From assembly GCA_902772905.1 (NCBI GenBank), contig CACYCL010000142.1:15105-79104 (forward strand): DNA of 64,000 nucleotides. The letters are read 5' to 3'. Below, piece after piece: positions 55,643 to 64,000 of this stretch (its first letter is position 1; each line of letters starts with the position of its first letter). The translations under genes were made by a program, and so were the position numbers. Below the pieces are notes generated by a model. The model had not been told where the DNA came from, did no database searches, and saw only the letters and a list, made by a program, of their open reading frames with translations. The DNA is from an uncultured bacterium. GTDB lineage: Bacteria > Verrucomicrobiota > Kiritimatiellia > RFP12 > UBA1067.

Positions 55643-56120
55643 AAGAGGATTCACGCTCGTCGAACTGCTCGTCGTGGTCGGCATGATAGCCGTCCTGATG
55701 GGTGCTATGACTTCGGCCGTGGCGCAGGCGCGCGAGCGCGCCCGCATTCAGAAGGCCACAAACGACGTCAAGGTCATGTCGCAGGCCATTCTCGCCTACG
55801 AGATATGGAACGGCGACGAACTGCCCACGATGGGCTCTCGCGGCAAGGCGGCCGGCGGCGTGGATGCCACGGGCAGCAGCCTCGGGTTCCTCATTGGCAG
55901 GGGCAACGCCGAGGGTGTCGCGGGCGGCAGCGGCAGTTCGCAGCTGCCGGTGCTGCTGATGGCGCAGCTAAGGAGCGGCGGCGCGATTGTCGATCCGTGG
56001 GGTACGCCGTACAAGGTGACAATTGCTGAGTCGAAGGCGAACATCAAGCTCAAGACGGTCACCGGGGCTCTGACTACCGGCTACTGGCTGCCCAACTTCT
56101 ACAGGAACTGGGAGGAGTGA
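55629..56120 (+). CDS. GspG/PulG-like major pseudopilin (163 aa)
   Basis: MTLNRRG|FTLVELLVVVGMIAVLMG, then ...QARERARIQKATNDVKVMSQAILAYEIWNG and C-terminal GTPYKV. This matches the GspG family pattern. The start overlaps the upstream gene by 14 nt. Confidence 0.65.
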   Translation: MTLNRRGFTLVELLVVVGMIAVLMGAMTSAVAQARERARIQKATNDVKVMSQAILAYEIWNGDELPTMGSRGKAAGGVDATGSSLGFLIGRGNAEGVAGGSGSSQLPVLLMAQLRSGGAIVDPWGTPYKVTIAESKANIKLKTVTGALTTGYWLPNFYRNWEE

Positions 56121-56125
56121 CTACG

Positions 56126-59100
56126 ATGAAACGCGGCTCTGCTCTTCTCATAGTTCTCGGCATGTTGTCGTTCATGGTCATCTCGGCCGTGGCGTTCTCG
56201 GCTTTCATGCGCTTCTCGCGACTGCCTTCCAGCTATCTTCGTCGCACGTCCGCATCCCGGCACCTGGTGAAGGCTGCGCTTGCGGAGGCCATAGACATTG
56301 TCGACGCCTCAATCGCCGACAATCCGCATCCGGGAGTTGGCACCGGGGCGATAAGCTACCCGCGCTACTCCGGCGGCAGGGTGATCAACCGCAACTACTG
56401 GCGCAACCACGTCTTCACCGGAACGAACATCCTTGTCTCCGCCGACGAGACCATAGCGACGCTCACGCTTGAGGGGCTTGCGCACCTGCCCCCGGCGCTA
56501 ATAAACGAGGCAAGGTACTACTCGCGCCACTCCACTGCCGGAAGGTGGCACACCTTCGGCTATGACAGCGGGCGATTTGCGTTCTGCGCGGTGGATGTGT
56601 CCGATCACCTCAACGTGAACAAGATTCCAGCCGACATAGGTCGCGGCTCCCTGCCCGAAAACCGCTTCTCGCTCTCGTATGTGTTCGAGAACGACGGTCA
56701 CACGTCTTACACGGTTCAGCCGTCCGCCTGGGACACGTTCATGGAAAACTACGTGTCGTTCGCCAGCGCGAAGGACAACATAGCCACGCCAGCGCAGAAA
56801 GGCAGCTCGGCTTCGTCGTCGTCTGCTTCGGCGTCCAAGCTCCCGCTCGTCTCTATTGCGGACTTGAACCTCGCGGCCAACAGGGATGGCGGCAACTTCC
56901 GCCAGTACTTCCCGTTCGTAGGCTACCTAGAGGGCGGGCAGTCCGACTTTGTCACGAGCCTCACCGGGCCGACCGCCGAAATGCAGAAGCACATGGCGTT
57001 CGTGACCGACGGCTACTTCCCGACGTCTGGCGGCACGGGTGCCGACGACGACTACGATCTTGCCGACGACAAGTACCAGCCGTTCACCGGCGAGAACCTG
57101 AAGGAAAACAACGCAAGGGTGATTCGCGCAATCATCGACAAGTCCACGCCGGGCGCAACGCGCCTTCGCGACTATATCGGGCGTCTTGGCCTTGTGCATC
57201 TCTGGGACTATCTTGACGAGGACAACGTTCCCGTCTCGCTTGCGATTCCATCCGTGGAGCGTACGCCGATGGTCTGCGGCATAAAGCCCACGGTCAGCGG
57301 CTCGTCGATACAGGTCACGATGCGGAAAGAGGACCCGACCGGCAACCAGATCACCGAAGCCGACCTTACGAGCGATGCGTATCCCGGGGCCGAGCCGTCA
57401 AGCATGAGGGTCAAGCCGACGTCTGCGGGTCTGCAGCGCACGGCGAGGTATGTCGAGAAGTATGTCCTTGACAAGACGAAGTTTGTGGCTGGCATTCGCA
57501 GCGGCTCCATCAAGGCAGTTGTCGCCTACCCGTTCCGCCGCGGCAGGGACATAAACGACCCCGACAGCTTCACGCTTGACGGTCATGTCGAGTTCTTCTT
57601 CACCACCGGCAACATGAAGTTCCGCACCGGCGTACAGAGCGACTCCCTGCATCTTGACAGCAGCGCGATACAGGACAAGGCGTACAAGGGCGACGGCGTG
57701 TTCCATCTACCGCTCCAGTCGCAGGGTCTCTCGTTCAGCAATGTAAACGACGAGCAGAGCGCGCTTCAGGAAATCGACTTCATGATAGGCGCCGGCGGTG
57801 CGTCGTCGGACATGATGAATGCCATTGACTCCAACCCGATTCTGACAGTGACCTGGTCGCAGGAGCAGGTGTCGGTAGACCTCAACGAAGGCAACCCGAA
57901 CGCTGCGCCGAACATCGTATGGCAGAACAGCGGCAATTCGCCGACGCGCATAGATGCCGTCTGCGGCTTGCCGCCGCTTGGCGCGGACGGCGTGCCGGAT
58001 GCAACCTTCACGTCCAAGAACGCGCTGCTTGCATATTTGAACGGCGGCGGCGCCAAGCAGGCGCGGCTTGTCATGGCGCTGTGGCTTCGCGTCAAGAACG
58101 GCGACGGCAAGACTGTGGATCTCGTGCCGGCATGCCTTCTCGACGACAAGAACTTCAACAGCATAAACAACTTCCAGTCGATGGGCGCGATCGGCAACAC
58201 GTTTAGTGGCCAGGCGTACCCTGTTATGCGCTTCACCTGCGGCAGCGCGTTCGACTTCTCCGACACGGCTTTCCAGAACATGAACGCCGTCGATGCCACC
58301 GCTGCGCCGGAAGGCATAATGTGCGGCGATCCGCGCTGGAACTGGGCGCCGGAGCACTGGTTTGTTGACGCGAATGTGTCGAAGTCCGGCTGGCTGCAGA
58401 AATGCGGCAAGGGAGTTGGCGTCCGCGACCGCGACATCTTCATGGCGACGAGCGACGCCGGCTACCTGCAGAGCGTATACGAGCTTGCGTTCCTGCCGCG
58501 CCTCGCCGGCGACTTCAGGCTCGACAACGAAATATGGGGTTCGATGGAGTCTCCGGACGACGGGCGCGACAGCTGGGCTACCGATTTCGCCGGTGCGCGG
58601 AATTCCGGGCTTATGTGGACCACTTATCGTCCGTTTGCGCGCAATGGCGTCGCCCGCGACGATTTCGAGCAGATCGGCCTTGTGAACGACGGCGGCGGCA
58701 CGAAGCTGAACCCGTATTCCGACAACGAGAACATATTGATGGCGGCGTTTGCGAACACGCCAATGGACTGGTGGGCGGCATCTGCGAACACCGATACAGG
58801 CGTTAGCACGAGCGAGCGCAAGGCGGCGGCTACGTTCAACAAGAAATACGCCTTCTCGAAGATGAACTCAAATGCTAAGTTCGACTGGGAAGACCTTGAG
58901 CGCGTGGCTGTGGCTTTCAAGGAGCGCATGCAGTCGCAGACGACCGTCAACGGCTGGATGGGAGCGTACAACGAGCTCTGGGCCTTGGACGGCACCGACG
59001 AAAACCGGCTTATGGGAGCTGAGCTTCAGGGCGACACCGACGAGCTTTTCGGAGTTGACCGCAAGTTCCTCTACGGCTACTGGCGCGACTGCTTCGCTGT

Positions 59101-59326
59101 CAAGCAGCAGCTCTTCCTGATCTTCGTGAGGGCCGAGCCCATGATGATGGGCGGCGGGGCGATAGGCCAGACGCCTCCGCAGCTAGGCGCGCGCGCGGTT
59201 GCCCTTGTCTGGCGCAATCCGCATCGTGGCTCGAAGTCGTACTCTGAAGACGGAGAAGGCTCGTCTGGCGCACCTGCCAATGCGCCGCACCAGACCCGCG
59301 TGCTGATGTACAGGCAGTTTGACTAA
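56126..59326 (+). CDS. GspK-like giant minor pseudopilin (about 1066 aa)
   Basis: The N-terminus MKRGSALLIVLGMLSFMVISAVAFSAF resembles GspK (..RG.ALLIVL..L.L...). A GGAGGAG RBS lies 8 nt upstream. It is about three times the length of typical GspK. Confidence 0.55.
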   Translation: MKRGSALLIVLGMLSFMVISAVAFSAFMRFSRLPSSYLRRTSASRHLVKAALAEAIDIVDASIADNPHPGVGTGAISYPRYSGGRVINRNYWRNHVFTGTNILVSADETIATLTLEGLAHLPPALINEARYYSRHSTAGRWHTFGYDSGRFAFCAVDVSDHLNVNKIPADIGRGSLPENRFSLSYVFENDGHTSYTVQPSAWDTFMENYVSFASAKDNIATPAQKGSSASSSSASASKLPLVSIADLNLAANRDGGNFRQYFPFVGYLEGGQSDFVTSLTGPTAEMQKHMAFVTDGYFPTSGGTGADDDYDLADDKYQPFTGENLKENNARVIRAIIDKSTPGATRLRDYIGRLGLVHLWDYLDEDNVPVSLAIPSVERTPMVCGIKPTVSGSSIQVTMRKEDPTGNQITEADLTSDAYPGAEPSSMRVKPTSAGLQRTARYVEKYVLDKTKFVAGIRSGSIKAVVAYPFRRGRDINDPDSFTLDGHVEFFFTTGNMKFRTGVQSDSLHLDSSAIQDKAYKGDGVFHLPLQSQGLSFSNVNDEQSALQEIDFMIGAGGASSDMMNAIDSNPILTVTWSQEQVSVDLNEGNPNAAPNIVWQNSGNSPTRIDAVCGLPPLGADGVPDATFTSKNALLAYLNGGGAKQARLVMALWLRVKNGDGKTVDLVPACLLDDKNFNSINNFQSMGAIGNTFSGQAYPVMRFTCGSAFDFSDTAFQNMNAVDATAAPEGIMCGDPRWNWAPEHWFVDANVSKSGWLQKCGKGVGVRDRDIFMATSDAGYLQSVYELAFLPRLAGDFRLDNEIWGSMESPDDGRDSWATDFAGARNSGLMWTTYRPFARNGVARDDFEQIGLVNDGGGTKLNPYSDNENILMAAFANTPMDWWAASANTDTGVSTSERKAAATFNKKYAFSKMNSNAKFDWEDLERVAVAFKERMQSQTTVNGWMGAYNELWALDGTDENRLMGAELQGDTDELFGVDRKFLYGYWRDCFAVKQQLFLIFVRAEPMMMGGGAIGQTPPQLGARAVALVWRNPHRGSKSYSEDGEGSSGAPANAPHQTRVLMYRQFD

Positions 59327-59343
59327 GGAAGAGGTAGGAAAAA

Positions 59344-60273
59344 ATGAAAAAGGGATTCTCTCTCGTAGAGCTACTCGTCGTCATAGCCATAATAGCCATT
59401 CTCGCCGGTGTGCTGATGTCCACTTTCGGTGGCGGCACCCAGTCGGCGCGCGCCGCGCGCTGTCTCTCGAACATGAAGAACCTTGCGAGCGCGAGCCAGA
59501 CTTATGCGATGAGCTCCTACTATTATCCCCGCGCCGGAAATCTGGTGTACCTGAAGATGAAGGAGGAGTCCGGAAACAGGATCCAGAAGGAGTACAGGGA
59601 GGTTGCAGGCTGGATAAGCTCTAATTCTCAGAACATGTTTCCCTCGACTTCGTACAGCACGCCTGAAGTCATAGGCCTGTACTCAAGCGACAGGGAGGCG
59701 GCCAGCTTCGCCCTCACCAACGGCGTGCTGTGGAAGTATGTCTCTGGCAGCCGCGAGACGTACATCTGCCCTGAACACGCAAAGCAGATGGGCAAGCATG
59801 GCATAACCGTAAACTGGAGTTATCTCATGAACGCCTACTTCGGATGGAACAAGAAGGGGCGCGCCGCATCCAACATCGACAGCGGGCGCATCGAATACGG
59901 GCGTTTGGCAAAGTCCGACAAGACGCTGCTCTTCTCGGAGGTTCCGTTCATGGGCTTCAATTCGTGGGAGCCTTCTGGCTCCGGCGGCTCGACCGACACG
60001 GATGCGATTCTGCAGTACGCTGAAAGCGGTCTCGATTCTGGTGACAAGGGTACGCAGTCCGGCGGCGGTTCGGACGAGGAAATCGGCGTAAACCATAAGA
60101 GCGGCAGGTACTACTCAGCCCATGTGGCTTTCGCTGACGGCCATGTCGAGAAGCTTCGCATGCCCATGAAGGGCAAGAAGCCCGACACATCCGGCCTGGC
60201 CGAAGTGACGAGCTGGCTTTGCGTCGGCTACGACATTTCGTTCGACGGCGGCAGATACAAGCGCGTCAAGTAA
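59344..60273 (+). CDS. Prepilin-type N-terminal methylation protein with a C-terminal H-X9-DG-like motif (DUF1559-like), 309 aa
   Basis: MKKG|FSLVELLVVIAIIAILAG. Near the C-terminus is HKSGRYYSAHVAFADGHVEKL, the DG-containing signature of the PVC-typical family. Confidence 0.65.
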   Translation: MKKGFSLVELLVVIAIIAILAGVLMSTFGGGTQSARAARCLSNMKNLASASQTYAMSSYYYPRAGNLVYLKMKEESGNRIQKEYREVAGWISSNSQNMFPSTSYSTPEVIGLYSSDREAASFALTNGVLWKYVSGSRETYICPEHAKQMGKHGITVNWSYLMNAYFGWNKKGRAASNIDSGRIEYGRLAKSDKTLLFSEVPFMGFNSWEPSGSGGSTDTDAILQYAESGLDSGDKGTQSGGGSDEEIGVNHKSGRYYSAHVAFADGHVEKLRMPMKGKKPDTSGLAEVTSWLCVGYDISFDGGRYKRVK

Positions 60274-60274
60274 G

Positions 60275-61021
60275 ATGTACGCTTCTGCGCCCGCCGCTTG
60301 CCGCGTCATGGGCATAGTGAACGTGACGCCTGATTCGTTTTCGGACGGCGGGCGGTTCTTTTCGTCGGACGATGCCGTGCGGCGCGGACGCGAGATGCTG
60401 GCGGAAGGCGCGGACATCCTCGATATAGGCGGAGAGTCGACGCGTCCTGGGGCCAAGCCGCTTTCATGGAACGAGGAATGGGCGAGGATAGGCCCTGCGG
60501 TCGAGCGGCTTTGCGCCGAGCGGTTCACGATAAGCGTAGACACCTACCATCCCGAAACCGCCGAACGCGCTGTCGCAGCTGGAGCGAAGGTCGTCAACTG
60601 CGTATATGCGGAGCCTGTTCCGGCGATGCTCGAAATCGTGCGCCGCGTCGCTACAGACGTTGAACTTGTAGTTCCCGCGTCGTGCCTGGGCGAAGTCGTC
60701 TCGGCGTCAGACCTTGGGCGCGTATACCTTGACCCGATGATTGGCTTCGGAACGACGCGCGAAGAGGATCTTGCGCTTCTTCGCTCGGTTGGCGAACTCG
60801 CCATGAAGGGCAGGGTGCTGCTTGGCGCGAGCCGCAAGCGCATAGTGCGCGCGCTTGCCGGCGAGAGCGGCACGGACTCGCTTATCGGGGCGGATGTGGC
60901 CATCGCGCTCTGGGCGGCGTCGCATGGCGCGAGCATAGTGCGTGTACACGACGTAAAGGAGGTTGCGCAGGCTCTGCGCGTATGGAGAAGTCTTGAAGGA
61001 AGGTCTCTTGAAAATGAATGA
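60275..61021 (+). CDS. folP: Dihydropteroate synthase
   Basis: GIVNVTPDSFSDGG, DIGGESTRPGA, SVDTY and GASRK motifs are present. Confidence 0.85.
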   Translation: MYASAPAACRVMGIVNVTPDSFSDGGRFFSSDDAVRRGREMLAEGADILDIGGESTRPGAKPLSWNEEWARIGPAVERLCAERFTISVDTYHPETAERAVAAGAKVVNCVYAEPVPAMLEIVRRVATDVELVVPASCLGEVVSASDLGRVYLDPMIGFGTTREEDLALLRSVGELAMKGRVLLGASRKRIVRALAGESGTDSLIGADVAIALWAASHGASIVRVHDVKEVAQALRVWRSLEGRSLENE

Positions 61022-61640
61022 CTTTGGAATGTACCTCGTAATGACGAACCCTGCCGTCGGCTACGTCCGCTGCTGCGAGGCGGCTGTGAGGGCCGGCGTG
61101 AAGATGGTTCAGCTCAGGATGAAGGATGCGCCTCGCGCAGATGTCATTGCCGTCGCGCGCGAACTCCGCAAGATCACGCTTGGCACTGCCACCAGGCTGA
61201 TCGTAAACGACGATCCGGCGGCGGCGGCGGAATCCGAGGCGGACGGAGTGCATGTAGGTCAGACGGACATGCCTGTGGCGGAAGTGCGGCGGCTGTATCC
61301 TTCGCTGGGAATCGTGGGAAAGTCAACGCATTCTCTCGCCCAGGCAATCGCCGCACAGGAAGAGTCGCCGGACTACATAGGCGTTGGACCGGTATGGGCC
61401 ACGCCGACAAAGAAAATACCAGATCCGACACTCGGCGTTGCGAACGCGGCTGAAATGATGCGCGTTTCACGGTGTCCTGCTGTTGCGATAGGGGGCGTGG
61501 TGGACGGTGCGCACGTTGCAGAACTCGCCGCTGTCGGCTTTGCGAACTTCGCCGTCGTTCGCGCCGTGTGCGCCGCGGCCGACCCATACGCGGCGATAGT
61601 CGGCCTTCAGGCCGCCTTCGCCGCGCGGTCCGGCTGTTAG
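61014..61640 (+). CDS. thiE: Thiamine-phosphate synthase
   Basis: I moved the start to the ATG at 61014 (MNDFGMYLVMTNP). Motifs LIVNDD, GVHVGQTD, GKSTHS, DYIGVGPVWATPTK and AIGGV are present. It overlaps folP by 8 nt. Confidence 0.85.
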   Translation: MNDFGMYLVMTNPAVGYVRCCEAAVRAGVKMVQLRMKDAPRADVIAVARELRKITLGTATRLIVNDDPAAAAESEADGVHVGQTDMPVAEVRRLYPSLGIVGKSTHSLAQAIAAQEESPDYIGVGPVWATPTKKIPDPTLGVANAAEMMRVSRCPAVAIGGVVDGAHVAELAAVGFANFAVVRAVCAAADPYAAIVGLQAAFAARSGC

Positions 61641-61641
61641 C

Positions 61642-62877
61642 TCAGCGCTTTAGGAGAACGTCCTTCTCGTACTTGCGCACGGCGGTGAACCAGTCCTCGC
61701 CGGCTGTGACGCCGCAGCGGCGGCAGAACTCGGCCCAGACTTCATCGGCTGGATAGTTCTTGTACTCTTCCTGCAACACGAGCTGCGCTGTGAAGTCGCC
61801 GGCATCCTGGAGCTTCGTGAGGTCCTTCCATGGAACGAGCATCGCCTTGAGAAGCTCTTTCTGCATGTTGCGCATCCCGAGCACCCATGCGGCGACGCGG
61901 TTGATCGACGCATCGAAGTAGTCGAGCGCGACGATGAAGTTTTTCGGTCCCATCTTCACGATTTCCTGAGCGGCTGCGCGGAGGTCGTCGTTTTGGCGGA
62001 TCACGTGGTCGGAGTCCCAGCGGACGGGACGCGAGATGTGGAACGCGACCTTGCCGAACGTCATGAGGAACGAGCTGATCTTGTCCGCCACCGACTCGGT
62101 CAGGTGGAAGTGGCCCATGTCGAGAAGCGCGAGGATCTTGCGGGTCATCGCGTAGCCCATGACGAACTCGTGTGATCCGACGGTGTAGCTTTCGACGCCG
62201 ATGCCGAAGAGCTTGGACTCAAGCGTCGGGACAACGGCCTTCTTGTCGTACTTGGCCTTGAATATCTTGTCGAGCGAGTCAGCCATGCGCTGGCGAGGTC
62301 CGAGACGGTCTGACGGCTCGTCCTTGTAGCCGTCGGGCATCCAGAAGTTGATGGCGCACGGGCTCTTGAGCTCCTTTGCGAAGTACTCGGCGATCTTGAG
62401 GCATTGAATGCCGTGCTTCACCCAGAATGCGCGGACCTTTGGGTCGGGGCTGGAAAGCGTGAGACCGTCGGCGGCCTTGGGGTGCGAAAAGAACGTCGGG
62501 TTGAAGTCGAGCTTTACGCCGGTCTTCTTCGCCCACTTCACCCATGGCTCGAAGTTGGCGGGCGTGAGGCAGTCGCGGTCGGTGACCTTGCCTTCGTGGA
62601 TGCCGTAGCAGGCGTGAAGGTTGACGCGGTGCCTGCCTGGTATGAGCGAAAGGGCGAAGGCGAGGTCGTCCATGAGCTCCTGCGGAGTGCGGGCCTTGCC
62701 GGGATAGTTGCCAGTGGTCGCGATGCCGCCTGACGCGCCGCCGGTCGTTTCGAAGCCGCCGACGTCGTCGCCCTGCCAGCAGTGCAGGGAGATTGCGATC
62801 TTGCCAAGTTCGGCGATTGCTTTTTCTGTGTCTATGCCGATCTTGGCATATTTCTTCTTAGCGTCGTTGTAGCTCAT
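61642..62877 (-). CDS. rhaA: L-rhamnose isomerase
   Basis: I moved the start to the ATG at 62877 (MSYNDAKKKYAKIGIDTEKA) with an AAGGA RBS. It is collinear with E. coli RhaA: LHCWQGDDV, TGNYPGKAR, RPVRWDSDHV and DYFDASINR. Confidence 0.85.
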   Translation of the reverse strand: MSYNDAKKKYAKIGIDTEKAIAELGKIAISLHCWQGDDVGGFETTGGASGGIATTGNYPGKARTPQELMDDLAFALSLIPGRHRVNLHACYGIHEGKVTDRDCLTPANFEPWVKWAKKTGVKLDFNPTFFSHPKAADGLTLSSPDPKVRAFWVKHGIQCLKIAEYFAKELKSPCAINFWMPDGYKDEPSDRLGPRQRMADSLDKIFKAKYDKKAVVPTLESKLFGIGVESYTVGSHEFVMGYAMTRKILALLDMGHFHLTESVADKISSFLMTFGKVAFHISRPVRWDSDHVIRQNDDLRAAAQEIVKMGPKNFIVALDYFDASINRVAAWVLGMRNMQKELLKAMLVPWKDLTKLQDAGDFTAQLVLQEEYKNYPADEVWAEFCRRCGVTAGEDWFTAVRKYEKDVLLKR

Positions 62878-62921
62878 TTGTTTTGTCCTTTCGGGTGAGA
62901 TGGTTTTTGAGGTGGGTTGGA

Positions 62922-63578
62922 TTAGTTGCGCTTGAGCGCGCGCCGCATATACGGCATGTAGGCGGCGGTATACGTGTGCATGCTCCATAGCGTAAGGGCG
63001 ACGAGCACGCCCTCAACTGCGTAGCAGCTCACGAGCCACGGGAAGTTCCACGACTCCGGGAGCATCCTGTGGAAGCAGCAGTAGGTGTAGATCCAGCCGG
63101 CTCCCGGAAACGACAGCGCGGTGCGTACCTTGCCCAGCCACGTTGCCGCTACGTCGGCTCCGTAGAGAGTGCCAACCATGCGCATGAAAGTCACCCACGT
63201 GTCGCGGAGCATGTACAGAATCGTGAAGGCCAGCATGACGAGCGCATGCACGCCCGACTCGCCCTGATGCGCGATCTGCCACGCAATCGCCGGAAAGGCC
63301 ACTATGTAGAACACCTTGTCCATAAGCGGGTCGGCCATTTTGCCGAGCGTGGACACCACGCCCCACTTGCGCGCGAGCTTGCCGTCCCACGCGTCGGTGA
63401 GGCCCGAGAGCAGCATCATGAAGCATGCCGCGCATGCGAGCGCGATGCTCGCGGGCGCCGCTGGTTTGTCGGCGAACATGCACTCCTGCACGACTGCGAG
63501 GCCTAGCCATGCGAATATCAACGGAACGCGCGCGAACGTGAGCGCGTTTACGAATGCGGACTGTGAAGCCTTTGTCAC
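62922..63578 (-). CDS. CDP-alcohol phosphatidyltransferase family protein (PgsA-like)
   Basis: TDAWDGKLARKWGVVSTLGKMADPLMDK matches the D-G-x2-A-R...G-x3-D-x3-D signature. It is a multi-TM protein with a GTG start. Confidence 0.7.
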   Translation of the reverse strand: MTKASQSAFVNALTFARVPLIFAWLGLAVVQECMFADKPAAPASIALACAACFMMLLSGLTDAWDGKLARKWGVVSTLGKMADPLMDKVFYIVAFPAIAWQIAHQGESGVHALVMLAFTILYMLRDTWVTFMRMVGTLYGADVAATWLGKVRTALSFPGAGWIYTYCCFHRMLPESWNFPWLVSCYAVEGVLVALTLWSMHTYTAAYMPYMRRALKRN

Positions 63579-63595
63579 TGGTCGGCGGATGCCGC

Positions 63596-63985
63596 TTACG
63601 AGAGACCCTCGGCAACTACTTCCTGCATGACGCCCAGCGTCTCCTGCAGTTGAACGAGCCGCGCCTTGAGCGACTCAATCTGAAGCTCGGCCTTCTGGTA
63701 GTTGCGCCGCGTTGCGAAGAGCTGCTTGAGAATCTCGCCTGGGTCGAGGTCGAGGTCGGCAAGCTCCATGCCGTCTGGAATCGGCACGAGCACACGCTCG
63801 CCGCATTCGGAACAGTTTATCTGAAGCCCTGCGCCGCGGTAGTCGATAACAAGGTTCTTGCCGCAGTGCGGACAATCGAACACAATGTCGGTGTCGCGTA
63901 TTTCGGCATCGTCAGTGTTCTCCCTTATTTCAACTCCCTCAGCCGCGTCCTGCGCGGATTCCTCGTCAAGAATGTCTTCAGCCAT
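63596..63985 (-). CDS. Acidic zinc-ribbon protein (129 aa)
   Basis: An AAGGAGG RBS lies 8 nt upstream of the ATG at 63985. CPHCG...CSECG form the zinc ribbon and the C-terminal half is coiled-coil-like. Confidence 0.55.
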   Translation of the reverse strand: MAEDILDEESAQDAAEGVEIRENTDDAEIRDTDIVFDCPHCGKNLVIDYRGAGLQINCSECGERVLVPIPDGMELADLDLDPGEILKQLFATRRNYQKAELQIESLKARLVQLQETLGVMQEVVAEGLS

Positions 63986-64000
63986 GGTTGCAACCTCCTT

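Overview
High-GC bacterial chromosomal window; the GC level is judged by eye, not computed. The many prepilin-type N-terminal methylation-motif proteins and giant secreted proteins suggest a PVC-superphylum organism (Lentisphaerota / Kiritimatiellota / Verrucomicrobiota-like); this is inference. The window spans the replication-origin neighbourhood. mnmG-dnaA-dnaN lie on the plus strand, gene orientation switches at an AT-rich gap (about 33250-33579), and there are DnaA-box-like motif clusters. Left arm, all on the minus strand: pta (partial) and ackA; a roughly 21.6 kb operon-like unit encoding two giant secreted proteins (about 4139 and 2895 aa) with a small lipoprotein between them; an IS200/RAYT-like HuH protein gene with an in-frame 45-bp tandem repeat, preceded by a 22-bp REP-like tandem array; a GLUG-motif surface protein; and a lower-GC island holding two paralogous DUF234-type AAA ATPases (one 5'-truncated) plus several families of short hairpin repeats. 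Right arm, plus strand: THUMP methyltransferase, XRE regulator, MFS transporter, a glycoconjugate cluster (Mur-ligase-like, GT4, WecE-like aminotransferase, GT8::LpxL-like fusion, metalloenzyme), an ACT/UPF0210 pair, a LuxR-type response regulator, and a tightly packed 9-gene pseudopilin operon that includes a 1069-aa GspK-like protein. After that come folP-thiE, then convergent rhaA, a CDP-alcohol phosphatidyltransferase and a zinc-ribbon protein. No rRNA, tRNA or CRISPR array was recognised. Start codons were refined by hand from RBS and signal-peptide context where the ORF track used upstream alternative starts.
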